Assembly: GCA_030390025.1 (NCBI GenBank) | Contig: CM059431.1 | Coordinates: 138,820,001 to 138,884,000, forward strand | Length of the DNA: 64,000 nucleotides | Source: Squalus acanthias | Lineage: Eukaryota | Direction of reading: 5' to 3' | Shown here: positions 23,797 through 36,399 of the stretch, one piece after another | Numbering within the stretch: the stretch's first letter is position 1 | How the letters are laid out: each line of letters opens with the position of its first letter | Position numbers and translations under genes: made by a program | Notes under the pieces: model-generated | What the model was told of the DNA's origin: nothing | What the model saw: only the letters and a program-made list of their open reading frames with translations | The model's database searches: none

Positions 23797-25838
23797 GTAG
23801 ATACAGTGGAGGTCCAAAACTAGAAACAGTGGAGTTCCAAAGCTTGAAACGGTGAAGGTCAAAAGCTAGAAACTGTGGAGGTCCAAAGTTAAAAAGAGTG
23901 AGGTTCAAAGCTAGAAACAGTGAAGGTCCAAAGTTAGAAACAGTGCAGGTCCAAAGCTAGAAACAGTGAAGGTCCAAAGCTAGAAACAGTGAAGGTCCAA
24001 AGCAAGAAACAGTGGAGGTCCAAAGCTAGAGAGTGTGAAGGTCCAAAGCTAGAAACTGTGATGGTCCAAAGCTAGAAACCGTGAAGGTCCAAAGCTAGAA
24101 ACCGTGAAGGTCCAAAGCTCGGAACATTGGAGGTCCAAAGATAGAAGCAGTCGCGATCCAAAGCTAGAAACAGTGAAGGTCCAAAGCGAGAAACAGTGAA
24201 GGTCCAAAGTTAGAAGCAGTGCCGATCCAATGCTAGAAACAATGAAGGTCCAAAGCTGGAAACAGTGAAGGTCCAAAGTTAGAAACAGTGGAGGTGCAAA
24301 GTTCGAAACTATTGAGATCCAATGCTAGAAAAAATAGAGATCCAAAGCTAGAAACTGTGAAGGTCCAAAGCTAGAAACAGTGGAGGTCTAACGCTAGAAA
24401 CAGTGGAGATCCAAAGCTAGAAACAGTGAAGGTCCAAAGCTAGAAACAGTGATGGTCCAATGTTAGAAACAGTGAAGGTTCAAAGCTAGAAACAGTGAAG
24501 GTCCAAAGCTAGACACAGTGGAAGTCCAAAGCTAGAAACAGTGAAGGTCCAAAGCTAGAAACAGTGAAGGTCCAAAGATAGAAAGAGTGGAGGTCCAAAG
24601 CCAGAAATAGTGAAGGTCCAAAGCTAGAAACAGTGGATGACCAAAGCTAGAAACTGTGAAGATCCAAAGCTAGAAAGAGTGGAGTTCCAAAGCTAGAAAC
24701 AGTGAAGATCCAAAGCTACAAACATTAGAGATCCAAACCTAGAAAGAGATGAGACCCGAAGATAGAAACAGTGAAGCTCCAAAGCTAGAAACAGTGATGG
24801 TCCAATGTTAGAAACAGTGAAGGTTCAAAGCTAGAAACAGTGAAGGTCCAAAGCTAGAAACAGTGGAAGTCCAAAGCTAGAAACAGTGAAGATCCAAAGC
24901 TAGAGACAGTGAAGTTCCAAAGCTAGAAACAGTGAAGATCCAAAGCTAGAAACAGTGGAGGTCCAAAGTTAGAAACTATGAAGGTCCAAAGCTAGAGACA
25001 GTGAAGGTCCAAAGCTATAAACAGTGAAGATCCAAAGCTAGGAACAGTGGAGGTCCAAAGTTAGACACACTGAAGGTCCAAAGTTAGAAACTGTGAAGGT
25101 TCAAAGCTAGAAACAGTGAAGGTCCAAAGCTAGAAACAGTGAAGGTCCAAAGCTAGAAACAGTGGTGGTCCAAAGTTAGAAACAGTGAAGGTCCAAAGCT
25201 AGAAACAGTGGAGATCCAAAGCTAGAAACAGTGGAGGTCCAAAGCTAGAAACATTGGTGGTCCAAAGCTAGAAACAGTGGAGGTCCAAAGCTAGAAACAG
25301 TGATAGTCCAATGTTAGAAACAGTGGAGATCCAAAGCTAGAAACTGTGGAGGTCCAAAGTTCGAAACTATTGAGATGCAATGCTAGAAAAAATAGAGATC
25401 CAAAGCTAGAAACTGTGAAGGCCCAAAGCTAGAAACAGTGGAGGTCTAACGCTAGAAACAGTGGAGATCCAAAGCTAGAAACAGTGAAGGTGCAAAGCTA
25501 GAAACAGTGAAGACCAAAGCTAGAAACAGTGATGGTCAATGTTAGAAACAGTGAAGGTTCAAAGCTAGAAACAGTGAAGGTCCAAAGCTAGAAACAGTGC
25601 AAGTCCAAAGCTAGAAACAGTGGAGGTCCAAAGAGAGAAACAGTGGTGGTCCAAAATTAGAAACAGTGGAGATCCAAAGCTAGAGACAGTGAAGATCCAA
25701 AGCTAGAAACTATTGAGTTCCAAAGCTAGAAACTGTTGAGTTCCAAAGCTAGAAACTGTGAAGGTCCAAAGCTAGAAAATAGAGACCCGAAGCTAGAAAC
25801 ACTGGAGGTCGAAAGCTAGAAAAAATGGCGATCCAAAG
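23797..25838. repeat. 23-bp minisatellite (~88 copies) derived from CR1 ORF2
   Basis: Unit GCTAGAAACAGTG(A/G)AGGTCCAAA with period 23 (e.g. 23956 to 23979). The array runs directly into CR1 sequence at 25839. Confidence 0.97.
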
Positions 25839-26220
25839 TGACTTCGGAGTCCATGTACATAGATCGTTAAAATTTCATGGGCAGGTATAGACACGAATCA
25901 ACAAGGCTAATGTATTGCTGGCCTTTATTTCTAGAAGACTAGAATACAAGGGGTTAGAAGTTATGCTACATCTATACGAAGCCTTCGTTAGGCCACACCT
26001 GGAGGACTGTGTTCAGTTCTGGGCAACACACCTTAGGAAGGACACATCGGCCATGGAGGGATTGTTAATGTTAATTTTAAATCAGAAATTGACCGATTTT
26101 TATTATATGGGGAAAAGGCGGGTGTATGGAGTTAGCTTACAGATCAGCCATTATCTCATTGAATGGCGCAACAGGCTCGAGGGGCCAAGTGATCTACTCT
26201 TGCACCTATGTTCCTAGTAG
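25839..26220 (+). mobile_element. CR1 3' fragment (internally deleted), continuous with the 23-bp array
   Basis: DFGVHVHRS...LAFISRRLEYKGLEVMLHLYEAFVRPHLEDCVQFW. Tail GAATGGCGCAACAGGCTCGAGGGGCC...CCTATGTTCCT. Confidence 0.88.
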
Positions 26221-26334
26221 GAAGCCGAAAACGTTCTTATAACCATGATTACTGTTTAGACGTAACAATTGAGGAAATATTGTAACATGGATTGTCATTT
26301 GAGCAGTACGTAATCAAAGCAAATTTCCATTCAC

Positions 26335-29300
26335 TCATAGGATCATAGAATCATAGAATAGTACAGCACAGAAGGAGGCCATTCGGTCCATCGCATCTGT
26401 GTCGGCTCTTTCGAAAAGCAATCAAGTTATTTCCATTCCCCCGCTCTTTCCCGATATCCCTGCAAATATTTCTCCTTCAAGTATTTTTCCAATGCGATTT
26501 TGAAGGCTACTATTGAATCTATATCCACACCCTATTAGGCAGTACATTCCAAATCCAAACCACTCGTTGCAAATAAAGGTTTTTCCTCAAGTAGATTCTA
26601 TTTTTTTCGAATCACATTTAATCTGACCCCTCTGGTTATCGACCCTTCAGCCATTGTAAATAGTTACTTTCTATTTACTCTATCGGAACCCTTCAGGATT
26701 TTAAACACCTCTATGAAATCTCCTCTTGTTCTTCTCTGCTCCAAGGAGAACAAATCCAGCTTCTACAGTCTAACCATGTAACTGTCTATCGTTTATCCCT
26801 AGAGCCGTTCTACTAAATCTCTTCTGTATCCTCTCCAAATCCCTCACGTCATTCCTAAAGTGTTGTTCCCAGAATTGGATACAGTTCTCCAGCTGCGGCC
26901 GACCTGATGTTTTATACAGGTTTAGAATAACTTTTTGACTTGTGTACTCCATGGCTCTATTTATACAGCTAAGGATCCCATGTGCTTTATTGACTGCTTT
27001 GACAACCTGTCCAGCCATCCTCAAACTTTTGTGAAAACTACCCCAGGTCTCTCTGTTCTTGCACCTCCTTTAACATTGTACCGTTTAGTCTGTATGGTCT
27101 CTCATCATCTTCGTACCAAATTGTTTCACCTCAGACTTTTTTCCGCTGAATTTTATCTTTCATGTTACCGTCCATTCCACCAGTCTGTCTATATTCTCTT
27201 GTAGTCTATTGCTATCTTGCTCACTGTTTACTACACTTACAAGTTTCGTGCTATCTGAAAATTTCGAAATTGTGCCCAGTACCTCCAAATCCAAGTCATT
27301 AATGTGAATCAAAAACAACAGTTGTCCTAATACTGAACCTTGGGGAACGTCATTCTATACCTCCCTTCAGTCCTAAAAACAAGCATTCACCACAACTCTC
27401 TGCTTTCTGTCTCTTAGTCAGTTTTGTTATTCATGCTGCTAGCGTCTCTTTTATCCCTTGCCTTCATTTTTGCTAACAAGCCTAATTGTTGGTATTTTTT
27501 ATCAAACGCGATTTGGAAGTCCATATACACAACTGCACTGTCCTCATCAACCCTCTCCTTTACCTTTTCAACCAACTAAATCAAGTTGGTAAAACACGAT
27601 TTGCCCTTAATAAGTCGGTGCTCGGGCTCCTTTATTAGTCCACGCTTGTCTAAGTAGCTACTAATTTTCTCCTGGATTATTGTTTCTAAAAGCTTCCCCG
27701 CCATCGACCTTAAACTGACTAGTGTGTAATTGCCAGGTTTATTTTTCTCCCCTTTTTTGTACAATGGTGTAAGATTTGCAATCGTCCAGTCCTTTTTGGC
27801 AGCAGCCCGTCTCTAAGAAGGATTGGAAGATTGTGGCGAGCTCCTCCGCAAAACCTACCCTTACTTCCCTCAGCATCCTAGGATGCATCCCACACGAACC
27901 AGGTCACTTATCCACTCTAAGTACCGCCAGCCTTTCTAGTACCGCATCTTTATCTAGTTGTATGTCACCCAGTGTTCCAGCAGCCTCCTCGTTTACCATT
28001 TCTTTGGGAAATCCCTCTTACTTGGTAAACACCGATGCAAAGTATTAATTTACTACCTCAGCCATGCCTTCTGCCTCCACCGATAGTTCTCCGTTTTGGT
28101 CTCTAATCGGACCCACCGCTCCTCTGACAACGCTTTTACTGTTAATATGCCTATAGATGACCTTTGCATTCCCTTTTATGTTAGCCGCCATTCGTTTCTT
28201 GTACTGTCTCTTTGCTCCTCTTATACACTCTTTCAATGCTCCTCTGTACTTTTTTTATATTCAGCCTCAATCCCCTTGTATTATCAAGCTGAGCTCTGTC
28301 ATACGCCCCCTTTCTCTGCTCCATACTACTCTCTAACACCTTCGTCATCCAGTGAACTCTGGCTTTGGTTGTCCTTCCTTTCCCCCTTGTAGGAATGTAT
28401 CTAGACTGTTTCCGAACCATCTCCTCTTTAAAGACCGCCCATTGCTCCATTACATTTCTGCCTGCCAATATTAGACTCCAATTTACCCGGGCCAGATCCC
28501 TCCTCAGTTCTCTGACAGTAGCCCTTCTGCAGTTAAGTTTTTTTCAATCCTAGCTTGTACCCTGTCCTTTTCCATAACGAATCTACTCCTTACGATATTA
28601 TTATCACTCTTTGCGAGATTCACTCCAACTGTGACAATTTCCACTTGAACCATTTCAATCCCCAGTAACACAACCAGCAATGCCTCACTTTCATTGGGCA
28701 GGAAACATACTGATCAATAAAATTCTCCTGAACACAATTCAGAAATTCCACCACTTCTCTGCCCTTAACACAATCACTGCCCCATTCAATATTGGGTTAG
28801 TTAATGTCTCCTATTATCACTTGGGTATAGTTCTTGCACAGCTGAGTAATTTATTTTTCAAATCTGCTCCTCAAATTCACTCAGCCGAAACTCATTCCTT
28901 GTTCTACCTATGTCGTTGCTTCCTTCGTGGAACATGTCAACTGGATTCTCCCCCTCTCAATCCAAATTCGTCTCCAGCCGCGAGGAGATATTCTTAACCT
29001 TGGCACCGGGCAGGCAACAAAGCCTTTGGAACTCACGGTCGCGCCTACAGAGAAGAGTAGCTATCCCCCTGACTATACTGTGCTCTAACACTGCAACATT
29101 CCTTTTCACTCCCCCCCGCCACACTTGAATGGCCTCCTATACCACGGTGTCTTGGTCAGTTTGCTCAACCACGCTGCAGAATTTGCCCTCATCCAAACAG
29201 GCAGCAAGAACCTCATACCTGTTGGAAAAGGGCAAAGGCTGACGCACCTCCAGCACTGCACCTGGCGTCCTCTTACCTGCCTGAGTTGCAGTCACACACT

Positions 29301-29800
29301 CCCGTCATAAGTGCTTTTGCCTCCTGGATCAAAGTATCCATATAACTCTCCCCCTCCTTGATGCCCCGCAATATCTGCACTTCAGACTCCATCTCAACAA
29401 CTCTGTGTATCTCAGTCTGCAGGCACTTACTGCAAACGTGGTTGTCCGGGATAACAATGCTCTCGACAAACTCCCACATGCTGTAGTTGCGTCACACCTC
29501 CTGCATAGCACTGCCTTTATATCCTTGTTTTATTTATTTAGTGAAATAAACATTACATTTTTAATTAACTTAGATTATAGTTTTGTTTTAGCTAATTGCT
29601 AGATCTACTTTTAGTTCTAGGTAGATTAAATTAAATATTTACCACAATGCACTCGAAGTATTGGAGGCAAAAATCAGCACCTCCTTCCCCCTCTGCTCCG
29701 AATTCCCAAATTCTCCAAATTCCCAAATTTAACACTCTGATTAGAAACGCTCTGTTTAAGCACATCCTGTACAGACCACTTAGAAAGAAAAAGGTAACTT
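26335..29800 (-). mobile_element. Long decayed CR1 LINE including ORF1 remnants (5' boundary uncertain)
   Basis: (TCATAGAA)n tail at 26335-26360. RT pieces NLYKTSGRPQLENCIQFW and KKGEKNKPGNY...KGKSCFTNLI, linker AANIKGNAKVIYRHINSK, and ORF1 N-terminal Cys motif MWEFVESIVIPDNHVCSKCLQ. Confidence 0.88.
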
Positions 29801-29869
29801 TCTAATAGAGATTGATTTCTTAGTGCAGGGCGACTTTCCCTCACAACTGTTATCTCTGGTTCCATTAGT

Positions 29870-30135
29870 GACATAGGAACAGGAGTAGGCCATTCAGCCC
29901 CTCGAGCCTGTTCCACCATTCAATGAGATTAAGGCTGATCTGCGACCTAACTCCACATACCCGCCTTTTACCCATATCCATTATACCGTTGGTTCACAAA
30001 AAGCTATCAATCTCCAATTTAAAATTACCAATTGATCTTGCATCAACTGCCATTTGCGGAAGAGAGTTCCAAACTGTTACCACCCTTGGTGTGTAGAACT
30101 GTTTGCTAATTTCACTCCTGAAAGGTCTGAACATA
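29870..30135 (-). mobile_element. CR1 3' end fragment
   Basis: ACATAGGAACAGGAGTAGGCCATTCAGCCCCTCGAGCCTGTTCCACC reverse-complement tail. Confidence 0.85.
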
Positions 30136-30139
30136 TTTT

Positions 30140-30472
30140 TTAATATTCCCATTTACACCTCCTCTAGACCCAACTATTTTTCCACATTACCATCTCCTTT
30201 CGCCATGCACCATCATCCCATTTGTCATTCAGTCTATCCTGCCTTCCACCCTATCACAGACCTTCCCTTTTGTTTTTTGCTCACCTCCCCCTTTCCCTCC
30301 TCTGTACTTGCCTGAAACCTGTTACATCTCTAACCTTTTCCAGTCCTGACGCATGGTCATCGACCTCAAACGTTCACTTTGTTTCTCTCTCCAGAAATGC
30401 TACCTGACCGAGAGTATATCCAGCATTTAGAGTTTTATTTCAGATTTCCAGGATCTGCAGTATTTTGCTTCT
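30140..30472 (+). mobile_element. Penelope-like 3' non-coding fragment with a degenerate hammerhead motif (30341-30380)
   Basis: Clear similarity to 3650-3970 (CATTACCATCTCCTT...CCTTCCCTTTTG...GGTCATCGACCT...TCCAGCATTT). Confidence 0.8.
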
Positions 30473-30949
30473 GTCCTTCTCCATTTTAGTCTATATCTGT
30501 GCCTTTCTCAATTTTTATCTCCGGGTTCCTGTCTCCCGTTCATTTCCCCCTTTTTATGTGGCAGATGACATTGCAGACGAGGATGCATGAGGCGCAGGTT
30601 CTCAGATTGAGGGTCACCACCTCTCTCACAAACTGAAAATGAGAGGGACATAAAAGGAACTGGCCCAAAGATATGTCTGCCTCTGTCCTATGTCAAATCA
30701 GTGAATCAAAGAACGGCGAGCCCGTCTAATTGCTCAATGCGCAAATTCTCCAGGTTTATAGAGAGAGATTGTCACAGGAGGTGGGTCAGGAAAAATAGAG
30801 CGGCTGGACAAGAAAAAAGCTGCTCGGAAAAATAACGTCCACAATAGGACAGACAGAGAGGAGGTTCTAACTCACGCTCTTCAATTCAAAAGACCAATGT
30901 TTTACCTTTGGCCCACCACGCCCACTCGACGCAGCATCTGCGCTGCCGG

Positions 30950-31135
30950 GTGTGACAATCCTGATGTGACATTCCAGTCACACTCTAGATGTCATACTCC
31001 TTAGGTCACGTTCCGAATGTTCCTCTCCGGATGTCACACACTAGATGTCACACTCTAGAAGTCACTCTCTAGACGTCACACTGCAGATGCCACACTCCAT
31101 ATGTCACACTCCTGATGTCACACTCCAGAAGCCAA
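30950..31135. repeat. 14-bp minisatellite (GATGTCACACTCTA)n, ~13 degenerate copies
   Basis: Period 14 (31030, 31044, 31058...). Confidence 0.85.
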
Positions 31136-31464
31136 ACATTTTTCAATGTTACTTTCGAAATTTCCCTTTCCCCATGCGGAGCCGGAGTTCTTACACATAG
31201 TCGGACCTCCAGCTGACCGGACATTGGCCACGGTTTCGCGTTTCATCCGACAAAGCGGCTCCTCGGACAGTGCAGCACCCAAAGTGTCAGCCTGGATCGG
31301 GTGTTCAATGTCTGCCACTGACACTAGGATCGCATTGAGTTTAATGTTGACAGTTCCACTTGGTATCAACAGGATGTAACCAAATGCTTCATTTATATCA
31401 CAACATTTTCTATATCTGTTACCAAATGCTTCATTTATAGCACCAAATTTTCTATGTCATTCAC

Positions 31465-33500
31465 CAAATGCTTCGCTGGAAAAGCCAGCATTTATTGCCC
31501 GTCCCTAATTGCCCTCGAGAAGGTGTTGTTGAGCATCCTTCTAGAACCGCTGCAGTCCCCGAGGTTACGGTATTCCAAAGTGTTCTTTGGGAGGAATTTC
31601 CAGGAATTTGATCCAGCGACGATGAAGGAAAGGTGATGTGTTTCCACGTCCGGATCATGTGTGACTTCGAAGTGCACTTGGAGCTGGTGGCGCTCCCTTG
31701 CGCGTGCTTCCCTTGTCCTTCTAGGTGGTACAGGTCGTGGGTTTGGGAGGTGCTATGGAAGAAGCCTTGGCAAGTTGTTGCAGTGTAGATTTTGGGTGGT
31801 ACACACTGCAGCCAATGTGCGCCGGAGGTGGAAGGTGTGAATGTTTAATGTGGTGGATGAGGTGCCTATCACGCGAGCTGCTTTATCCTGGATGGTGTCG
31901 ACCTACTTGAGTGTGTTTGGAGCTGCACTCATTCATGCAAATGGACTGTGTTCGATCACACTCCTGAATGATGTTGTGTAGGTGGTGAAAGACTTTGGGG
32001 AGTCAGGAGGTGAGTCGTTCGCTACAGAATACCCAGCCTGCTCATGTAACCATAGTATTCATGTGGCTGGTACAGTTAATTGTGTTGATACCCAATATGT
32101 TGATGTGGAGGGATTGGACGATGGTAATGCCGTTGAATGTCAAGGTGAGGTGGTTAGACTTCCTCTTGTTGGAGATGGTCATTGTCTGGAACTTGTGTGG
32201 CGCGAATGTTACTTGTCAGGTAGCAGCCCAAGCCTGAATGTTGTCCAGGTCCTGATGCATGCGGGCACTGACTGCTTCCTTATCTGAGGAGTTGCGAATG
32301 GAAGTGATCACGGTGCAATCATCTGCAAACATCCCTACCTCTGACCTTATGATGGATGGAAGGTCAATGATGAAGCAGTTGAATATGATTAGGCCCAGGA
32401 CAATGTCCTGAGGAACTCCTGCAGCGATGTCCTAGGGCTGAGATGAATGGACTCCAAGAACCACAAGATTCTAGCTTTGTGCTATGTATGACTTAAACCA
32501 GTGGAGATATTTTCCCCCTGATACCCATTGACCTCCATTTTACTCGGGTTTTTGATGCCACAATCAAAGGACAGTCATTCTCACATCACCTTTGGAATTC
32601 TGCTCTTTTGTCCATGTTTGGACCAAAGCTTCAATGAGGTCTGGAGCTGAGTGGTCCTGTCGGAATATAAACTTAGCCTCGATGAGTGGGTTATTGGCGA
32701 GTAATTGCCGCTTAATAGCGCTGTCGACGACCACTTCCATCACATGGTGTGACTGAGAGTGGACTGACGGGCGGTAATTGGCCGGATTGGATTTGTCCTG
32801 TTTTTTGTAGGCATGTCAGACCTGGGCAGTTTTTCTCATTGTCGGTTAGATGCCAGTGTTGTATCTCTACTGCAACATCTTGCCGAGAGGCGTGGCTAGT
32901 TCTGGAGCACAAGGCTTCAGCACGATAGCTGGGATGTTATCGGGGCCGAAAACTTTTGCTGTATCCAGTCCGTTCAGCCGTTTCTTGATATCACGTGGAA
33001 TTAATTGAATTGGCTGAAGACTGGCTTCTGTGATGGTGGGGACCTCACGAAGTGATCGAGATGGATCATCAACTCGGCACTTCTGGCTGAAGATGATTGC
33101 TGGGCTCCGCCATCATTAAGGATGGGGTTGGAAACGGGGCATCCTCCTCCCGTTATTTGTTTAATTGTCCACCACCATTGGTGCAGGTGGGACAAGATAT
33201 ACTGAAGGATGGTGCATATATGATTCTGCGAGTGTGGCTATACTAGGCTGTTGCTTGACTAGTCTGTGGAACACCTCTGCTTATTTTGGCACATGTCACC
33301 AGATGTGAGGGGAAGTTTGCAGGGTCGACTGGGGCGTGTAAGCCTTTATCAATGCCGAGGCCAATGCCGTGTTCTCCGTCTGGTTTTATACTTATTAGAT
33401 CTTTTCGTAGCAGTTTGACACAACAGAGTGACTTTCTAAGACATTTCAGAGAGAAGTTAAGTGTTAATCACATTTCTGGAGCAACGTATAGATCAGACCA
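31465..33500 (-). mobile_element. LINE family B, long decayed copy
   Basis: Reverse-complement tail GCCAGCATTTATTGCCCGTCCCTAATTGCCCTCGAGAAGGTG. The interior is colinear with 11340-13010, and HQWWWTIKQITGGG lies further upstream. Confidence 0.85.
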
Positions 33501-33525
33501 GGAAAGGATGGTAGGTTTCCACTAG

Positions 33526-36360
33526 GTGGAGCCCCACACTAAACTGACCAAACCCCACACCTCACTGACACGGCCCCACACCTCACTGACCCAGCCGCAC
33601 ACACCACTGACCCAGCCCCAAACTGTCACCCCACTGACCCAGCCCCAAACTGAGACCCCACTGAACCAGCCAGACACCGACTCACCACTGACCCAGCCCC
33701 ACACCCACACTCCATTGACCCAGCCCCACATCGACTCCCCACTGACCCAGCCAGACACCGACCCCCCACTGACCAAGCCCCAAACTGAGACCCCACTGGA
33801 CCAGCCAGACACCGACTCCCTACTGATCCAGCCCCACACCCACACACCACTGACCCAGGCAGACACCGACTCCCCACTGAACCAACCCTAAACTCAAACT
33901 GACACCCCGCTGTTCCAGCCCCAGACAGACATCACTGACCCAGCCCAACACTGGAACTCCACTGACACCGTCATAAATTGGCACTCCACTGATACGGTCT
34001 TGCACGATATTCAACTGACCAAACCCTGCACCGAGAGAGCTGTGACCCCTTAATACACCGACACCACACTGAGCCATCCTTAAACAGACATCTCACTAAC
34101 CCAGACCTACAAGGAAACTCCATTGATCCAACCCGACATCGGTCACCCAAATGACACGCCCCACACCGAAAACTCAGTGAACCAGATTTATATAGATACT
34201 CCACTGAACCAAACCTACACTGACACACCACTAAACCAGCAATATAGCGACACCCACTCACCGAACCCTGCACTGTACCTACACTAGCCCAGTAATATAC
34301 CAAGACCTAACTGCTGAGACCCGACACCGACACCCAACTGACCCATACCTATACCGGCATAGCTCAAACCCTGTTCAGCACCGAAACTCCATTGACTCAC
34401 ACCCGATAACGATACCCCACTGAAGCAGCCGTACACCGACACCCACTGACACAGACCTACAAAGACACTCCACTGGCCGAGTCCAAACATATCGATTCGT
34501 GACCCAGAATATCTTGAAACCGCAATGAACCATTCCTATACAGACACTACACAAAAACCGCAATCAGCAAGTCCTAAACTGACACCCCACTGAGCAGCCC
34601 TACACCGAAATCCCACTGATCCAATCCTGACCGACAACTCACTGACCCAGCCATTCACCAAAATCCCAATGACCTAGCCCCACACCGACACCGCACTGAC
34701 CCAGCCCTACACTGAAATCCCACTGACCCACCCTGACCGACACCCCACTGACCCAGCCCTACACTGAAATCCCACTGACCCACCCTGACTGACACCCCAC
34801 TGACCCAGTCATATACCAAAATCTCACTGACCCACCCTGACCGACACCCCACTGACCCAGTCATACACCGAAATCCCACTGACCCACCCTGACCGACACC
34901 GCACTGACCCAGCCCTACACTGAAATCCCACTGACCCACCCTGACTGACACCCCACTGACCCAGTCATATACCGAAATCCCACTGACCCACCCTGACTGA
35001 CACCCCACTGACCCAGTCATACACCGAAATCTCACTGACCCACCCTGGCCGACACCCCACTGACCCAGCCCTACACTGAAATCCCACTGACCCACCCTGA
35101 CCGACACCCCACTGACCCAGTCATATACCGAAATCCCACTGACCCACCCTGACTGACACCCCACTGACCCAGTCATACACCGAAATCTCACTGACCCACC
35201 CTGGCCGACACCCCACTGACCCAGTCATACACCGAAATCTCACTGACCCACCCTGGCCGACACCCCACTGACCCAACGCTGACCGAGACGCCACTGATCA
35301 GCCCTACACCGACACTTCACTGACCCAGCCCTTACAGACACCCCACTGACCCAGCACTTACCGACACCACACTGACCCAACCCTTACCGACACCGCACTG
35401 ACCCAGCCCCACACCAAAACCACACTGGCCCAGCTCTACTCCGACGACCCACTGAAGAACCCCAGCAATCCACTGACCCATCCCTACACCGACAACCCAC
35501 TGACCCCGCCTTAGTCCGACAACTCACTGACCCCGCCCTACAACAATACCTCACTGACCCAGCCCCACAATCCGCTGACCCAACCCCACAATCCACTGAC
35601 CCAGCCCGACACCGAAAGCACACTGGCCCCGCCCTACTCCGACCACCCACTGACGAACCCCCACAATCCACTGAACTCGCACTACAACAATACCCTACTG
35701 ACCCAGCCCCAGAATCCACTGACCCAACCCCAGAATCCACTGACCCAGCCCAACACCGACATCAGACTGAACCAGCTCTTACCGACACCCCACTCACCCA
35801 GCCCTACACTGATTCCACACTGACCCAGCCTCACACCGACACCCCACTGACCCAGCCCCACACCGAAACCCCACTGACCCAGCCCCACACCGACACTCCA
35901 CTGACCCAGCCCTACTTTGACACCCCACTGACCCAGCCCCCCACCGGCACCCCACTACCCAGCCCCACACCGACACTCCACTGACCCAGCCCTACACAGA
36001 CACACCACTGACCCAGCCCCACACCGACACTCCACTGACCCAGCCCTAGACAGACACACCACTCACCCAAACCTACACAATCACCTCGCTGACCCAGCCC
36101 TACACCATCACCTCACTGACCCAGCCCTACACCATCAGCACACTGACCCAGCCCTACACCATCAGCTCACTGACCGCACTCTAAACCATCAACTCACTGA
36201 CCCAGCTCTACACCTTCAGCTTACTGACCCAGCCCTGCAACAAAATCCCACTGATCCAGCCCTACACCATCACCTCACTGACCCAGCCCTACACCATCAG
36301 CTCAATGACCCAGCCCTACCCAAACACCTCACTGACCCAGCCCTACACAGACACATCACT
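33526..36360. repeat. Compound C/A-rich minisatellite built on CACTGACCCAGCCC (~25-27 bp), with a homogeneous 52-bp dimer sub-array at ~34690-35275
   Basis: Recurrent CACTGACCCA. The dimer is CACTGACCCAGTCATACACCGAAATCC (27) plus CACTGACCCACCCTGACCGACACCC (25). Confidence 0.93.
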
Positions 36361-36399
36361 GTGATGACTGCGGCCTTTCCTTCATCTCTGGTTCCAGAG

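Noticed and set aside
33526..33891. Mucin-like Thr/Pro-rich ORF (TPLTQP repeats)
   Set aside because: It is a translation of a 27-bp minisatellite with a GTG start, and the frame is not kept through the rest of the array.
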